From: a virus
Virus record (IMG/VR): IMGVR_UViG_3300020183_005033
Location: 58,437-122,436 of that record
Direction: 5' to 3' (one strand)
DNA: 64,000 bases
The position numbers were made by a program, and so were the translations under genes. The notes under the pieces were generated by a model. It was given only the letters and a program-made list of their open reading frames with translations, was not told the DNA's origin and made no database searches. Each line of letters opens with the position of its first letter. Position 1 is the stretch's first letter. This document shows positions 1 through 8,870 of the stretch, piece by piece.

Positions 1-46
1 AACGTCAAGCAACGCCGCCGTATCTAATCTACTGATTAGATTCAAG

Positions 47-75
47 AAAAGGCCACCCTTAGGGGTGGCTTTTTT
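47..75 (+). terminator. Rho-independent terminator of a gene ending at the window start
   Basis: GCCACCC-ttag-GGGTGGC stem followed by a T-run, with an A-run upstream (possibly bidirectional). Confidence 0.85.
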
Positions 76-104
76 ATGACCCACGTTTTAAAGAGAACAA
101 GACC

Positions 105-365
105 ATGCTAAAAAATGGAATTAAAATAAATTTTGAATTAACCAAAGACGACATTAGGGTCGACGTTGCGGCAGGAGCCCTTGGGTATGTTGTGAATTTT
201 AGTATAGACTTAAAGCGCTGGAAAGTTAAATTTCAAAAAAAATCCTATTCCGTAATGGCTTGTGTCGGTCCGTTTATGCTCAGAATTACAAGTCTTGAAA
301 AGATTGGGCAGTTTATCAATAATGTTTTAAAAGAAAATGAAGATAAGTTGCATTCCGAGATGTAA
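105..365 (+). CDS. hypothetical protein
   Basis: 86-aa ATG ORF with no recognisable motif. Confidence 0.6.
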   Translation: MLKNGIKINFELTKDDIRVDVAAGALGYVVNFSIDLKRWKVKFQKKSYSVMACVGPFMLRITSLEKIGQFINNVLKENEDKLHSEM

Positions 366-394
366 TATATGTAAACAAGCAGGAGAAGATAGAC

Positions 395-763
395 ATGAAT
401 AAAAAAAATTTAGCGTTTAAAAGATACTCAGACTTTTATATTAAATACCCCCTACATGTTACTAAAAAAGTAATCAATGGTGCTGGTCCGCAAGGCAAAG
501 GAAAATTCATCAGAGACACTTTATTTTATAAATTTAGTGTAACAGAAGCTGCTAACATGCATGATTTTTTATATTCAGAATATGCTCCTAAGCAAATTGT
601 CAGAAAAGATGCCGATGATTTATTTTTAGAAATGATGCTCAGAAAGCTAAAAACGCATTCAGTTGCGTCAAGAATTATAAATAAACCCTTAGTGTATGTG
701 TATTATTTTGCTGTACGGGTATTTGGTAAATCTTTTTGGACAAAAGAAAAAATTGAATGGTAA
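395..763 (+). CDS. DUF1353/prokaryotic phospholipase A2-like protein
   Basis: NGAG...AANMHDFLY...RKDADDLFLEMM...YYFAVRVFG pattern; GGAG RBS. Confidence 0.6.
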   Translation: MNKKNLAFKRYSDFYIKYPLHVTKKVINGAGPQGKGKFIRDTLFYKFSVTEAANMHDFLYSEYAPKQIVRKDADDLFLEMMLRKLKTHSVASRIINKPLVYVYYFAVRVFGKSFWTKEKIEW

Positions 764-764
764 A

Positions 765-1679
765 TTAAAATCTCCATTCAGGAGTCCCCGTTTTAACGCA
801 CCAGCTATTTAAAACAAGCTGTTTCGGTTTTGGATGCATGCTCGGTGCATCAAATTGCGCTATTAGAAATACATCGTCAAGAACATTTTGCAATCCCCGT
901 GCGCCGAGCCCCTTAGTCAAAGCATTTTGTATAATTTCGTTTATTGCGCTTTCTTCGACAATCAGTTCTATATTTTCGCCTTTAAACCATTCGTCATATG
1001 ATGTTAATACGCTTTCTTTGGAGTTTGTTAAAATTGACTTTAAGTCTTCAGCCTTTAAAGCTTCCAAAGAGGCTACAATACTAAATCTTCCTAGAAATTC
1101 AGGAATCATTCCGTATTTGATTAAAGAATCCGTTTTGTGTTCCTCCAATCCAACAAAAGCCCCAGAGCAAATAAATAATATATCTTTTGTGTGCAGCTTT
1201 CTCGGAGTGTGGTTGATTTCGTACCCTATTTCGCTTCCTTCTAATAACTTTAATAAGCTTTGTTGGACGCCAATTCCATTAATATCAGGAGAGCCGTCAT
1301 TACTAGATTTGCGTTTAATTTTGTCAATTTCATCAATATAAACAATTGCTTTTGATGCAATATCATCATTAAATTCGCACATTGCACATAATTCGCTAAT
1401 AATTTCCGTAACGTCTTTGCCAACATAGCCAGCACTTGTAAACTGAGTTGCGTCAACCGTCATAAATTTTGCACTTAAAAATTCTGCAAGTTTTTGAACG
1501 GTGTAGGTTTTTCCACTTCCGCTAGGCCCAATCATAAGTATGTTAGATTTTTTAATTTTTGCTCCATAATAAGCCCTTTTGTAGTGATTGTAGGCAGCAA
1601 CGGCTAAAGCTTTTTTGGCTTTGTCTTGGCCGATAACATAGGTATCTAGGTAGTTTTTGACATCTTTAGGAGTGAACAC
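765..1679 (-). CDS. clpX: ClpX-family AAA+ unfoldase lacking the N-terminal Zn-binding domain and IGF loop
   Basis: YVIGQDKAKKALAVAAYNHYKR, KSNILMIGPSGSGKT (Walker A), GYVG pore loop, IVYIDEIDK (Walker B), GVQQSLLKLLEG, GMIPEFLGR, LGARGL. Confidence 0.9.
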   Translation of the reverse strand: MFTPKDVKNYLDTYVIGQDKAKKALAVAAYNHYKRAYYGAKIKKSNILMIGPSGSGKTYTVQKLAEFLSAKFMTVDATQFTSAGYVGKDVTEIISELCAMCEFNDDIASKAIVYIDEIDKIKRKSSNDGSPDINGIGVQQSLLKLLEGSEIGYEINHTPRKLHTKDILFICSGAFVGLEEHKTDSLIKYGMIPEFLGRFSIVASLEALKAEDLKSILTNSKESVLTSYDEWFKGENIELIVEESAINEIIQNALTKGLGARGLQNVLDDVFLIAQFDAPSMHPKPKQLVLNSWCVKTGTPEWRF

Positions 1680-1692
1680 TTTTAATTTTTCC

Positions 1693-1721
1693 TTGCGTCA
1701 GTGACTTTGATGTTTTACTAT
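1693..1721 (+). promoter_or_regulatory. putative sigma-70 promoter, divergent from clpX
   Basis: TTGCGT-N17-TACTAT upstream of GAGGAG RBS and ATG 1740. Confidence 0.45.
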
Positions 1722-1739
1722 AAACGGGTGGAGGAGTCT

Positions 1740-1874
1740 ATGGTTATAGAAGATAGAATCAAGAAAGCTCTTCTTAAGTTAAAAAAAATACCCCAAAAGG
1801 CACACAAAAAAAGATTCATCAAAATGATAATGAAACGTCTTAGGGGGAAAGATGGGGATAAAGATGAAGGGTAG
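1740..1874 (+). CDS. small basic protein (44 aa, not in ORF track)
   Basis: GGAGGAG RBS; MVIEDRIKKALLKLKKIPQKAHKKRFIKMIMKRLRGKDGDKDEG. Confidence 0.55.
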   Translation: MVIEDRIKKALLKLKKIPQKAHKKRFIKMIMKRLRGKDGDKDEG

Positions 1875-2121
1875 ACTGACAGACAAAGAAAAGGAAGAAT
1901 TGCGTAAACTTTTGGAAGAACAAGAAAAACCCCAAGACACGACTTGGCTGATGGTTGATTATTATGCCAAGTTATCAAAAAAGGAAAATCCGCTTAACTT
2001 AGGGTGCAAGCTCTGCGCTAAAACTCATTTTCCCAAAGATTGCCCTAATAGAAAAAAAGAAACTTCAAAAAATACATATACTTATACGTCTTATAACCAT
2101 GATGACAGTGAAGGATACTAA
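1864..2121 (+). CDS. small protein with CxxC-x3-H-x4-C zinc knuckle
   Basis: CKLCAKTHFPKDCP; start reassigned to ATG 1864. Confidence 0.55.
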   Translation: MKGRLTDKEKEELRKLLEEQEKPQDTTWLMVDYYAKLSKKENPLNLGCKLCAKTHFPKDCPNRKKETSKNTYTYTSYNHDDSEGY

Positions 2122-2123
2122 AC

Positions 2124-2426
2124 ATGCCACTTGTAGCCGAAAAGCTTAAGAGTAAGCTCAAAGAAACCATTGAAAAAAATCTTAAAGACCAGTTTGCTAA
2201 AGAAGCTAAAGATAACCCTAAAGGTCAAGAAATGTGGACAAAAATGGCCGAGGCTATATCTCACATAGCAACGGACATAGTTAGTGCGTTACAGCAAGAC
2301 GCTGAAGTGGCTCCGGGAATATCAATCGTTGTTAATCCTGGAATACCAACGGCAGGTAGCCCCGCTGCCCAGACAACAGTAGGACCGGGGACTGGAGCAA
2401 CAACAGCTCCGGGGAAGATTCTTTAA
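2124..2426 (+). CDS. putative small virion (spike/baseplate-associated) protein
   Basis: Helical N-half plus Gly/Thr/Pro beta-rich C-half (APGISIVVNPGIPTAG...VGPGTGATTAPGKIL); function inferred only. Confidence 0.4.
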   Translation: MPLVAEKLKSKLKETIEKNLKDQFAKEAKDNPKGQEMWTKMAEAISHIATDIVSALQQDAEVAPGISIVVNPGIPTAGSPAAQTTVGPGTGATTAPGKIL

Positions 2427-2432
2427 AAAACG

Positions 2433-2460
2433 CTAAAGGTTTTTAAAAGACCTCCGATAA
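2433..2460 (+). promoter_or_regulatory. sigma-28 (FliA/SigD)-type promoter P1
   Basis: CTAAAG; TAAA-N15-TCCGATAA; GGGGGTG RBS and ATG 2482 follow. Confidence 0.8.
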
Positions 2461-2481
2461 GAATAATAATGGGGGTGAACC

Positions 2482-2976
2482 ATGAGAAACAACTGGGCAC
2501 AAAGATTGGCAGCAGCTTTTGAGCATCCAGTGGGTGATTACACCCTTGTGGACATTTCTAAGGGTGAATCATCATGTGCTTGCGGCACCCGCATCAAGAA
2601 CGTCTACACGGTAGCTTGCTCAGGCCACACTGTTCAACTTGGCTCTGAGTGCATTCAAAGCTACACAGAGCTTGAAAGCATTCAGGCTCAGGTCAAGGCT
2701 GCCGAAGAGCGCAGCAAGGCTGAGAAGAAAGCTCATCTAGAGCACCTGCAGACTAAAGAGCTTCAGGCTCTCATCAACGAATACGCTGAGCTGCTCCGTC
2801 CTTACAGAGAGCAGATTGCCAACAGAAAGAGAATTGACTACCCTATTTGGGAACACTGCGCAGGCAAGCGTCTGCGCATTAGCAAGCTTAAGTCTCTTAA
2901 AGGAAAGATTAAAGCAGTCCAAACAGCCCTTGACCATCTTAGGAAACTCATTAATTCAGAGGAGGAAGTGGCATGA
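2482..2976 (+). CDS. hypothetical protein with putative Zn-binding motif and coiled coil
   Basis: CACG...IKNVY...QLGSECI; strong RBS. Confidence 0.7.
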   Translation: MRNNWAQRLAAAFEHPVGDYTLVDISKGESSCACGTRIKNVYTVACSGHTVQLGSECIQSYTELESIQAQVKAAEERSKAEKKAHLEHLQTKELQALINEYAELLRPYREQIANRKRIDYPIWEHCAGKRLRISKLKSLKGKIKAVQTALDHLRKLINSEEEVA

Positions 2977-3107
2977 AGCCCAACATTACAGTTGCTACAG
3001 CTATTGCTATTCACGTTATTATTCAGTTAGCTGCTATAGTAGCGCTAGCCGTTTATGCCCCATTATGGATTGCCATTCCATTGATTGTTTTAATGATTGC
3101 AGCTTAA
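2973..3107 (+). CDS. small hydrophobic membrane peptide (44 aa, not in ORF track)
   Basis: GGAGG RBS, ATGA overlap with upstream stop; MKPNITVATAIAIHVIIQLAAIVALAVYAPLWIAIPLIVLMIAA. Confidence 0.7.
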   Translation: MKPNITVATAIAIHVIIQLAAIVALAVYAPLWIAIPLIVLMIAA

Positions 3108-3117
3108 GGAGATGACT

Positions 3118-3396
3118 ATGCGTTTCACTTACATAACAGAAACTATTGGCAACCAACCTGTAACTACTATTCAAGAGACAGCCGGAGTGTTCTCTGGCTA
3201 CACAACAGAACAGGTAGCTGCCATTGCAGAAGACTTCTACCCCAATTACCAGTCCAACAACATGTCTAATATCTTTTCAGACATCCACTTCAACTATTGC
3301 CTTAGAAAGCTACTAAACGGCGAAAAGCTGCCTAATACTCATGTTTCTAGTAAGATTAAACAAAGACTAAATGAAATCAACGAGTTAGACGAATAA
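3118..3396 (+). CDS. hypothetical protein
   Basis: AAGGAG RBS 6 nt before ATG 3118. Confidence 0.65.
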   Translation: MRFTYITETIGNQPVTTIQETAGVFSGYTTEQVAAIAEDFYPNYQSNNMSNIFSDIHFNYCLRKLLNGEKLPNTHVSSKIKQRLNEINELDE

Positions 3397-3461
3397 GCAT
3401 TAAAAACAATTGACTTATTCAATCAAATCAACTATAAGTTTATTTAGGAGGTAATTGTATT

Positions 3462-3683
3462 ATGATTGAAGGGCTTTTTGCAGCAGGACTTTTGGCTCTT
3501 TTTGTTGGAATTTCACACAAGACGCCCGAAGTAGACAACAAGAACACACAATATTGTGTGGCGGCTCCGACTCGCTCTAATCCCAAACAAGAGCAATCTG
3601 TCTCGACAGGCAAGTGCTCTAAAGGCACAATGACCGCAGAGCCATCCAAGCGTACTCCACTTTCAGAACGGAAATCTAAATAA
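3462..3683 (+). CDS. small exported or membrane-anchored protein
   Basis: AGGAGG RBS; N-terminal hydrophobic stretch and two Cys; TAATG-coupled to the transglycosylase; TTGACT-N17-TATAAG at 3410-3438. Confidence 0.6.
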   Translation: MIEGLFAAGLLALFVGISHKTPEVDNKNTQYCVAAPTRSNPKQEQSVSTGKCSKGTMTAEPSKRTPLSERKSK

Positions 3684-4564
3684 TGCTAAAGTATATTGCT
3701 TTGGCAGCATCAGTTCTATCTCTGAGTGCTTTTGCACAAGAGCGAGTAGAGCTGACTCCGCCAGAATGTTTGCAGTCAAATATTGACTTTTGGTATGACG
3801 TTTATACTAAGTACACGCGCCACGATATTATCGTCTATAACCAAAAGACGATGGAAGTCTACAACGTCTACCCTAGACCAAAGGGAAGCAAGAAGGCGGT
3901 CAAAAGATATAAGAAGCAGTTATTTAACAAATATGCAAAACTAATACCTAAAGAAAAAAAGAACATCGCCGTCAAGACAGGAGCAAGGGGGTTTTTCGAG
4001 AAGGGCTTCGAGAGAATGCACGAACATTACCCCAAGATTGCCGAAAGACTAGAACAACAGGGGATGCCCCATCAAATAGCCTTCTTGCCATTCGTAGAGT
4101 CTTCGTACTCACATAAAGCCACGAGTCCAGTCGGGGCGGTAGGCATGTGGCAAATCATGCCGGCAACAGGGAGGCTATTTGGAGTTAAGAAGAGAGTCAG
4201 GCTCAGAGACAATAGGGTAGCCACCGACGTAGCCATCAAGCTCCTTAAGTTTAACTATGAAATGCTAGGCGACTGGACTCTAGCCATTAATGCCTATCAC
4301 TCTGGCACAGGAAGGTTGCTCAAAGCGTCTAACATAGCAAATTCAAAGGATATTTGTGAAATATTCAACTATCTCGACGAAAATGACGTAAAGATAAAAG
4401 GCTACAAGTTCTACAGTAGAAACTACGTAGCTCAGTTATTTGCTATTGACAAGGCTGTGACAGAACGGCTAAACCCTCGTGTAGAGGACGAGGCCGAAGA
4501 AACAGAAGAGGGGGAAAATTATGGATCAGAAGAAGTTACTATCCAAATTCCAGAAGAATATTGA
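3683..4564 (+). CDS. MltD-like lytic transglycosylase (SLT domain) with Sec signal peptide
   Basis: LPFVESSY (catalytic E), ATSPVGAVGMWQIMPATG, LGDWTLAINAYHSG, RNYV; signal MLKYIALAASVLSLSAFA. Confidence 0.88.
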   Translation: MLKYIALAASVLSLSAFAQERVELTPPECLQSNIDFWYDVYTKYTRHDIIVYNQKTMEVYNVYPRPKGSKKAVKRYKKQLFNKYAKLIPKEKKNIAVKTGARGFFEKGFERMHEHYPKIAERLEQQGMPHQIAFLPFVESSYSHKATSPVGAVGMWQIMPATGRLFGVKKRVRLRDNRVATDVAIKLLKFNYEMLGDWTLAINAYHSGTGRLLKASNIANSKDICEIFNYLDENDVKIKGYKFYSRNYVAQLFAIDKAVTERLNPRVEDEAEETEEGENYGSEEVTIQIPEEY

Positions 4565-4934
4565 TTTAAGAAGCCCAAACGGAACTGTTCTTTATCTTGA
4601 AAATATTAAAAGTCTACGTTCAGTTCAAGTGTATGATACGGGCGACGCTGATAATATTTTCAAAGTAGACGTGGTCGATGTGGACGGTGTTTTTCGTCAA
4701 GATTACACATGTAGTCATGATTGCCTTGCCCTTATTTGTGCAATGCTTTATTCAGAGGGCGACGCCGAAGATAAGACAATTGTTACAATATCTTTCGAGG
4801 CGCTTGTTAATGCATTAACCATGTCTCGTAATTTAGGCTACACTGATGCTTCCAAAAGTCTTCTCGAAGATGAATATGAAGAAGATGCTATGGAAGAGTA
4901 TGCAAATCGTGAAACTAATGTCACATTAAATTGA
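4521..4934 (+). CDS. hypothetical protein
   Basis: 137-aa ORF, GAGGGG RBS, acidic C-terminus. Confidence 0.65.
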   Translation: MDQKKLLSKFQKNIDLRSPNGTVLYLENIKSLRSVQVYDTGDADNIFKVDVVDVDGVFRQDYTCSHDCLALICAMLYSEGDAEDKTIVTISFEALVNALTMSRNLGYTDASKSLLEDEYEEDAMEEYANRETNVTLN

Positions 4935-4941
4935 GGTTTTT

Positions 4942-5502
4942 ATGAAAGTTTCAGAAGAAGCGCTTAACCACTTAAAATCACTGCAGGTAGATCCAACTAA
5001 GTTGTCTGAAGAGGAATACTTCATGGCAACTCATATTCAAATGCCTAGACTTGTGTACAGAGGATTTTATGCAAATCCTTTGCCTGCCTATCAGACAGAG
5101 CAGTCAAGTTGTTTTGATATTTTGGCAGATGATAATGCAGTTATTCGGCCCAACTCTTATGCAATCATTAAGACTGGCCTCTATCTGACCATGGAAGACG
5201 CCGCTCATTTCATTAATCTTAACCCCGCAGTCATGAACCTAGCTCTAGTTCTTAGAGAGCGTTCTGGCTTGGCGGCCAGAGGGATTGGACTAGGGGCAGG
5301 CGAGATTGATAGAGACTACCTTGTTGAAAATAATCCAGAGAATGAAATTAAAGTCATTCTTAGGAATTTTTCAAATGAAACACATTTTGTTAAGATTGGA
5401 GACAGAATCTGTCAGGCCAAATGGGAACTAGTCCTCAAAGACCCATTCCTTGAAGTTAAGACAGTTAAGCGTATTGGCGGCATGGGAAGCACCGGCACAT
5501 GA
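4942..5502 (+). CDS. dut: trimeric dUTPase
   Basis: SSCFDI, RSGLA, GEIDRDY, GDRICQ, RIGGMGSTG (motifs I-V). Confidence 0.92.
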   Translation: MKVSEEALNHLKSLQVDPTKLSEEEYFMATHIQMPRLVYRGFYANPLPAYQTEQSSCFDILADDNAVIRPNSYAIIKTGLYLTMEDAAHFINLNPAVMNLALVLRERSGLAARGIGLGAGEIDRDYLVENNPENEIKVILRNFSNETHFVKIGDRICQAKWELVLKDPFLEVKTVKRIGGMGSTGT

Positions 5503-5891
5503 AGACAAAGAAAATCCCCAAAGACTCAGGGCTACCTCTTTATATTGTCTCCCCGGAGGCAAGAGAGAAGAACGCCGTTCCTGCTTCATGGAAGAAGCTC
5601 GTCCTGTATGTCTTTGAGGAAAAGCTGTCTCATAGGTCAGCACCGACCCAATACATCGTTGCCTACGATTCCTTAGTGGAAAACGCCGCCCCAACAAACC
5701 TATATTACGAAGGTTTAGCGGAGACTACATATAGTGGACGCATTAGGATTAGGTCTGAAGAAGAGTATCTATTTGTTTTGACTGGAAAAAAAACATTGCG
5801 TTCTATCCACTTTAGTCAAAAAACCCTTGAAAAATGGACACTTGTAAACATAATTATAGATAAAGATGAAATTAATTCCATTCTAGCTTGA
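5499..5891 (+). CDS. hypothetical protein
   Basis: ATGA overlap with dut; 130 aa. Confidence 0.6.
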   Translation: MKTKKIPKDSGLPLYIVSPEAREKNAVPASWKKLVLYVFEEKLSHRSAPTQYIVAYDSLVENAAPTNLYYEGLAETTYSGRIRIRSEEEYLFVLTGKKTLRSIHFSQKTLEKWTLVNIIIDKDEINSILA

Positions 5892-6004
5892 TTTAACTAG
5901 CACAACTTTAATAAAATTGTTAAGATTCAAGAACATTCAGGTTTTTGCAAAAAATCTGATAAAATCTGTATGTAGCGTTTGGCCACAAAATTAGGAGCCA
6001 TAAG

Positions 6005-8824
6005 ATGACAATAGCGTTTTCAGTAGGCGGGTCGAGAGTTGTTACCCCCGGTGTTTATTCAGTATTTAAGGTGCAGGATTCGCTACTTAACGTAGTCGCG
6101 TCTGCCCGCAACGTTCTTCTTATTGGCGAAGCTTCTGAAGGCGTTCCAGGCAACATGCTCGATCCAACCTCTGCTTTTTTTAGTGATTACCCAACCATGC
6201 AAGCTTTTTTCACTTCAGGGCCGGTTGTCGATGCGGCGCGTCAGTTGTTCACTGTGCAACCATCCGCTGTGTTTACTGGCTCCGTTGGTCGTGTATATGT
6301 ACAGCAAACCAATCAGGCTACCCGTGCAGAAAAAGTAATTACCTCTCCCTCCGCTTATGGTAAAGTTGTTGCAACTAAATTTGGCGAATCCGGAAATTTT
6401 GTTAAATCGCAAATTGTTGCTTCTGCAGAAGTTTTGCCGGCCATTTCTTTTCAAGTTCTTCCTCTTTCTGTAAATATGGAAGCAGCTGTTTCCGGTGACC
6501 AATCTGTCGGTACAGCAGCGATGTCTTTTGCGGGAGTTGAAAGCTTTGCAAGTAATCTTGCAGCTCTGTTAGGAGCTAAAGCAACCGTTGCGGGCGGAGT
6601 GCTTTTAAATGTAGTGCCTACCGCAACAGATCTTACTCTTTCTGTCTCCGGAATGGACGTTATTATTTCTAGCTCTTTGCCTTGGTCTCTTGTGCCAAAA
6701 GTCGGAGAAGTTGCAATTATTCCACACTCCTCACAGTTGGTCGGAACCTCTGAAAGAAACATCGGCTCTTACGTTGTAAAGGCCGCAACTTCAACCACAG
6801 TAACTCTTGAAAAAGTTCGCCAGATGGATAGCTCAGGTGCCAATCCGGTTGCTTGGGGCAGTCCAGAAGCTGTTTCTACTCCCGTCACAGCAGGGACAGC
6901 TCCATTTACATACGCCACTGGTGATGTTATTTTTGTTGATTCGGTTTCAGTTCAAGTAACTGAGGCAGCTAAAGAAGGTGCAGGAGCCTCTCTTGAGTTG
7001 GCTGCCGCTTCCGCTTCTCTCTTGGGGGTTGCCGCTGCTGCTCGTATGTCAGCTCGCTCAAACCTTCTTAACGCAGCTAATGCTTCTTTTGGAACCATAT
7101 CAGCGGTTGCTTCTGCCGATCAACTTACCGTTTCTCTTGGTGCCGGTGCCGTGTGGGTTTCTGCTCCAAAGTTAGGCGATGTTGCTTATATTTCTCCATC
7201 TTCTTTAATTGCTGGAGGAAGTAGGCAAAATATTGGTCTTCACGCCGTAATGTCAGCTTCTCCCTCTTCGGTTGTACTTAAGCGCCTTGACGGCGGCGTT
7301 GCGGCTACAGTATCTTCAACGGCTCTTGCTGGAAAAGAAGACACCGTACAAGTCATGCCTGCGCTTGTCAGCTCTTCAGTCATGGCGAAGAAAGCTGTTT
7401 CTTCAAAAGAAGCCCAAGTGTCAATGAATAGTCTCAATACCGTCAGTGGTGAAAGATTCCCTTCAGACAAAGTTGGCGGAAAAGTTGTTCTTGAAGTTTC
7501 CTACTCAGGTTCGGCGGCAGTTGCTAAAGTGTCGATTGATACAAGCCGTCGCATGAAGCTTGTTGCGGGTACCGACGAGGTTGTTTTGCCAACTCTCAAG
7601 TATCCAACGCTCGCTGCTCTAGCTGAAAAAATTAGTGCGCAGTCAGGATGGGCAGCTCGCGTTGTGGATGCTGGTATGAACTCAGCTTCTCCATCCGTAT
7701 TGGATATGGTTGATGAGATTGGCTGTATGTCTCTTACTTCTGAGCACGCATTCTCAGGTCGCCTTAAGAATGATTATTCGGCTTGGAGCTCTTTCTTTGC
7801 TGATACCGTATCTGTGCTTGACTTTGTTGCTGGTGCTCGTTCAACTAAAGCTGGTTTGCCAGCAGGCGAAGCCTCACAGACATTCTTGTCAGGTGGAGCT
7901 AAGGGCGCTACTTCAAATGCAGACATTCAAGCTGCTCTTGATGTTGGCCTCAAAATCCCAACTGTTCAAGTTCTCCCATTGTTTTCACGCGACGCATACC
8001 TTGACGTTGCTGACGGCCTAACTGAGCCAGAGTCAACCTACTCTATCGACTCAGTTCATGCAGCCCTCAGAGCACATGTTGCTACTGGATGGTCAAGTGC
8101 TATCCGTCGTGAACGGTTTGGTCTAGCTTCTTTCTTCGGTTCATTCGAGGATTCTAAGGCCAAAGCTCAGGCAATGAATTATGAAAATGTTTCTATGGCG
8201 TTCCAGTTGGCTCGCGCCACAGGTGCAGATGGTAATGCTCAATGGTTCCTCCCATGGATGTTCCAGTGCTGCATGGCCGCAGGTCGTTCGCAAGCAACTC
8301 TTGGAACACCTATGCTTCGTAAATCGTTTAACGTTCTAGACGTTAAGCATATTCCTGAATCTTCAATTTACTCAGACACACTTATGCGTGACTTCGATCC
8401 AGCAAGTAAAGCTATGCTCGACGAAGCTATCGAAGCTGGTCTGTTGACAATGGGCGTTGTTGAGGGCGCAGGACTCCGTTTGGTATCTCCAGACCTCTCA
8501 ACTCGCAGCCGCGTTAATGACCCGAAAGCTTGGGTGTATGAGCGCAACAACGTATCGTTTATCTTTATTGAAATGATTCAGACTCTCAGAAGCGTTCTTG
8601 AGAACTACATTGGCGAGCGTACAACAGACGTTACTACGGCTGAAGTTGCTTCGACTGTTGTCAACGTCCTTGGTTCATTTGTTACTAGCGGAGCAATTGT
8701 TGCTTTCAACCGCTCACCTCTAGTTACAAACCTTGGAAACGGCTACGCAGTTCAAGTTCAAATACGCCCTGCTGAAGCTCTCGAATTTATTTCACTTGAT
8801 GTAACAGCAACGAGAAATCTTTAA
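6005..8824 (+). CDS. tail sheath protein with inserted duplicated beta domain
   Basis: N-terminal TPGVYS...LLIGEASEG; FLSGGAKG; C-terminal LENYIGERT...VQIRPAEALEFI; directly upstream of tube genes. Confidence 0.88.
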   Translation: MTIAFSVGGSRVVTPGVYSVFKVQDSLLNVVASARNVLLIGEASEGVPGNMLDPTSAFFSDYPTMQAFFTSGPVVDAARQLFTVQPSAVFTGSVGRVYVQQTNQATRAEKVITSPSAYGKVVATKFGESGNFVKSQIVASAEVLPAISFQVLPLSVNMEAAVSGDQSVGTAAMSFAGVESFASNLAALLGAKATVAGGVLLNVVPTATDLTLSVSGMDVIISSSLPWSLVPKVGEVAIIPHSSQLVGTSERNIGSYVVKAATSTTVTLEKVRQMDSSGANPVAWGSPEAVSTPVTAGTAPFTYATGDVIFVDSVSVQVTEAAKEGAGASLELAAASASLLGVAAAARMSARSNLLNAANASFGTISAVASADQLTVSLGAGAVWVSAPKLGDVAYISPSSLIAGGSRQNIGLHAVMSASPSSVVLKRLDGGVAATVSSTALAGKEDTVQVMPALVSSSVMAKKAVSSKEAQVSMNSLNTVSGERFPSDKVGGKVVLEVSYSGSAAVAKVSIDTSRRMKLVAGTDEVVLPTLKYPTLAALAEKISAQSGWAARVVDAGMNSASPSVLDMVDEIGCMSLTSEHAFSGRLKNDYSAWSSFFADTVSVLDFVAGARSTKAGLPAGEASQTFLSGGAKGATSNADIQAALDVGLKIPTVQVLPLFSRDAYLDVADGLTEPESTYSIDSVHAALRAHVATGWSSAIRRERFGLASFFGSFEDSKAKAQAMNYENVSMAFQLARATGADGNAQWFLPWMFQCCMAAGRSQATLGTPMLRKSFNVLDVKHIPESSIYSDTLMRDFDPASKAMLDEAIEAGLLTMGVVEGAGLRLVSPDLSTRSRVNDPKAWVYERNNVSFIFIEMIQTLRSVLENYIGERTTDVTTAEVASTVVNVLGSFVTSGAIVAFNRSPLVTNLGNGYAVQVQIRPAEALEFISLDVTATRNL

Positions 8825-8870
8825 TACATAGAGAGTAAAATCTCTTTATGTATTAATAATGGAGTCATAA

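Noticed and set aside
1-27. End of an upstream gene (NVKQRRRI*), possibly the major capsid gene
   Set aside because: Too short to fix the frame or the identity.
838-1341. 167-aa plus-strand ORF and many similar antisense or alternate-frame ORFs (e.g. 9443-9976, 25157-25684, 52512-52916)
   Set aside because: They lie inside well-supported genes, lack an RBS and have shadow-ORF composition.
1605-1637. GCCGATAA boxes inside genes (near 1629, 44281 and 57436)
   Set aside because: No TAAA at 15-16 bp spacing and no downstream RBS or ORF.
5936-5962. Possible sigma-28 promoter before the sheath gene (TTCA-N15-TCTGATAA)
   Set aside because: Both boxes are degenerate; the overlapping TGnTAAAAT explains the site better.
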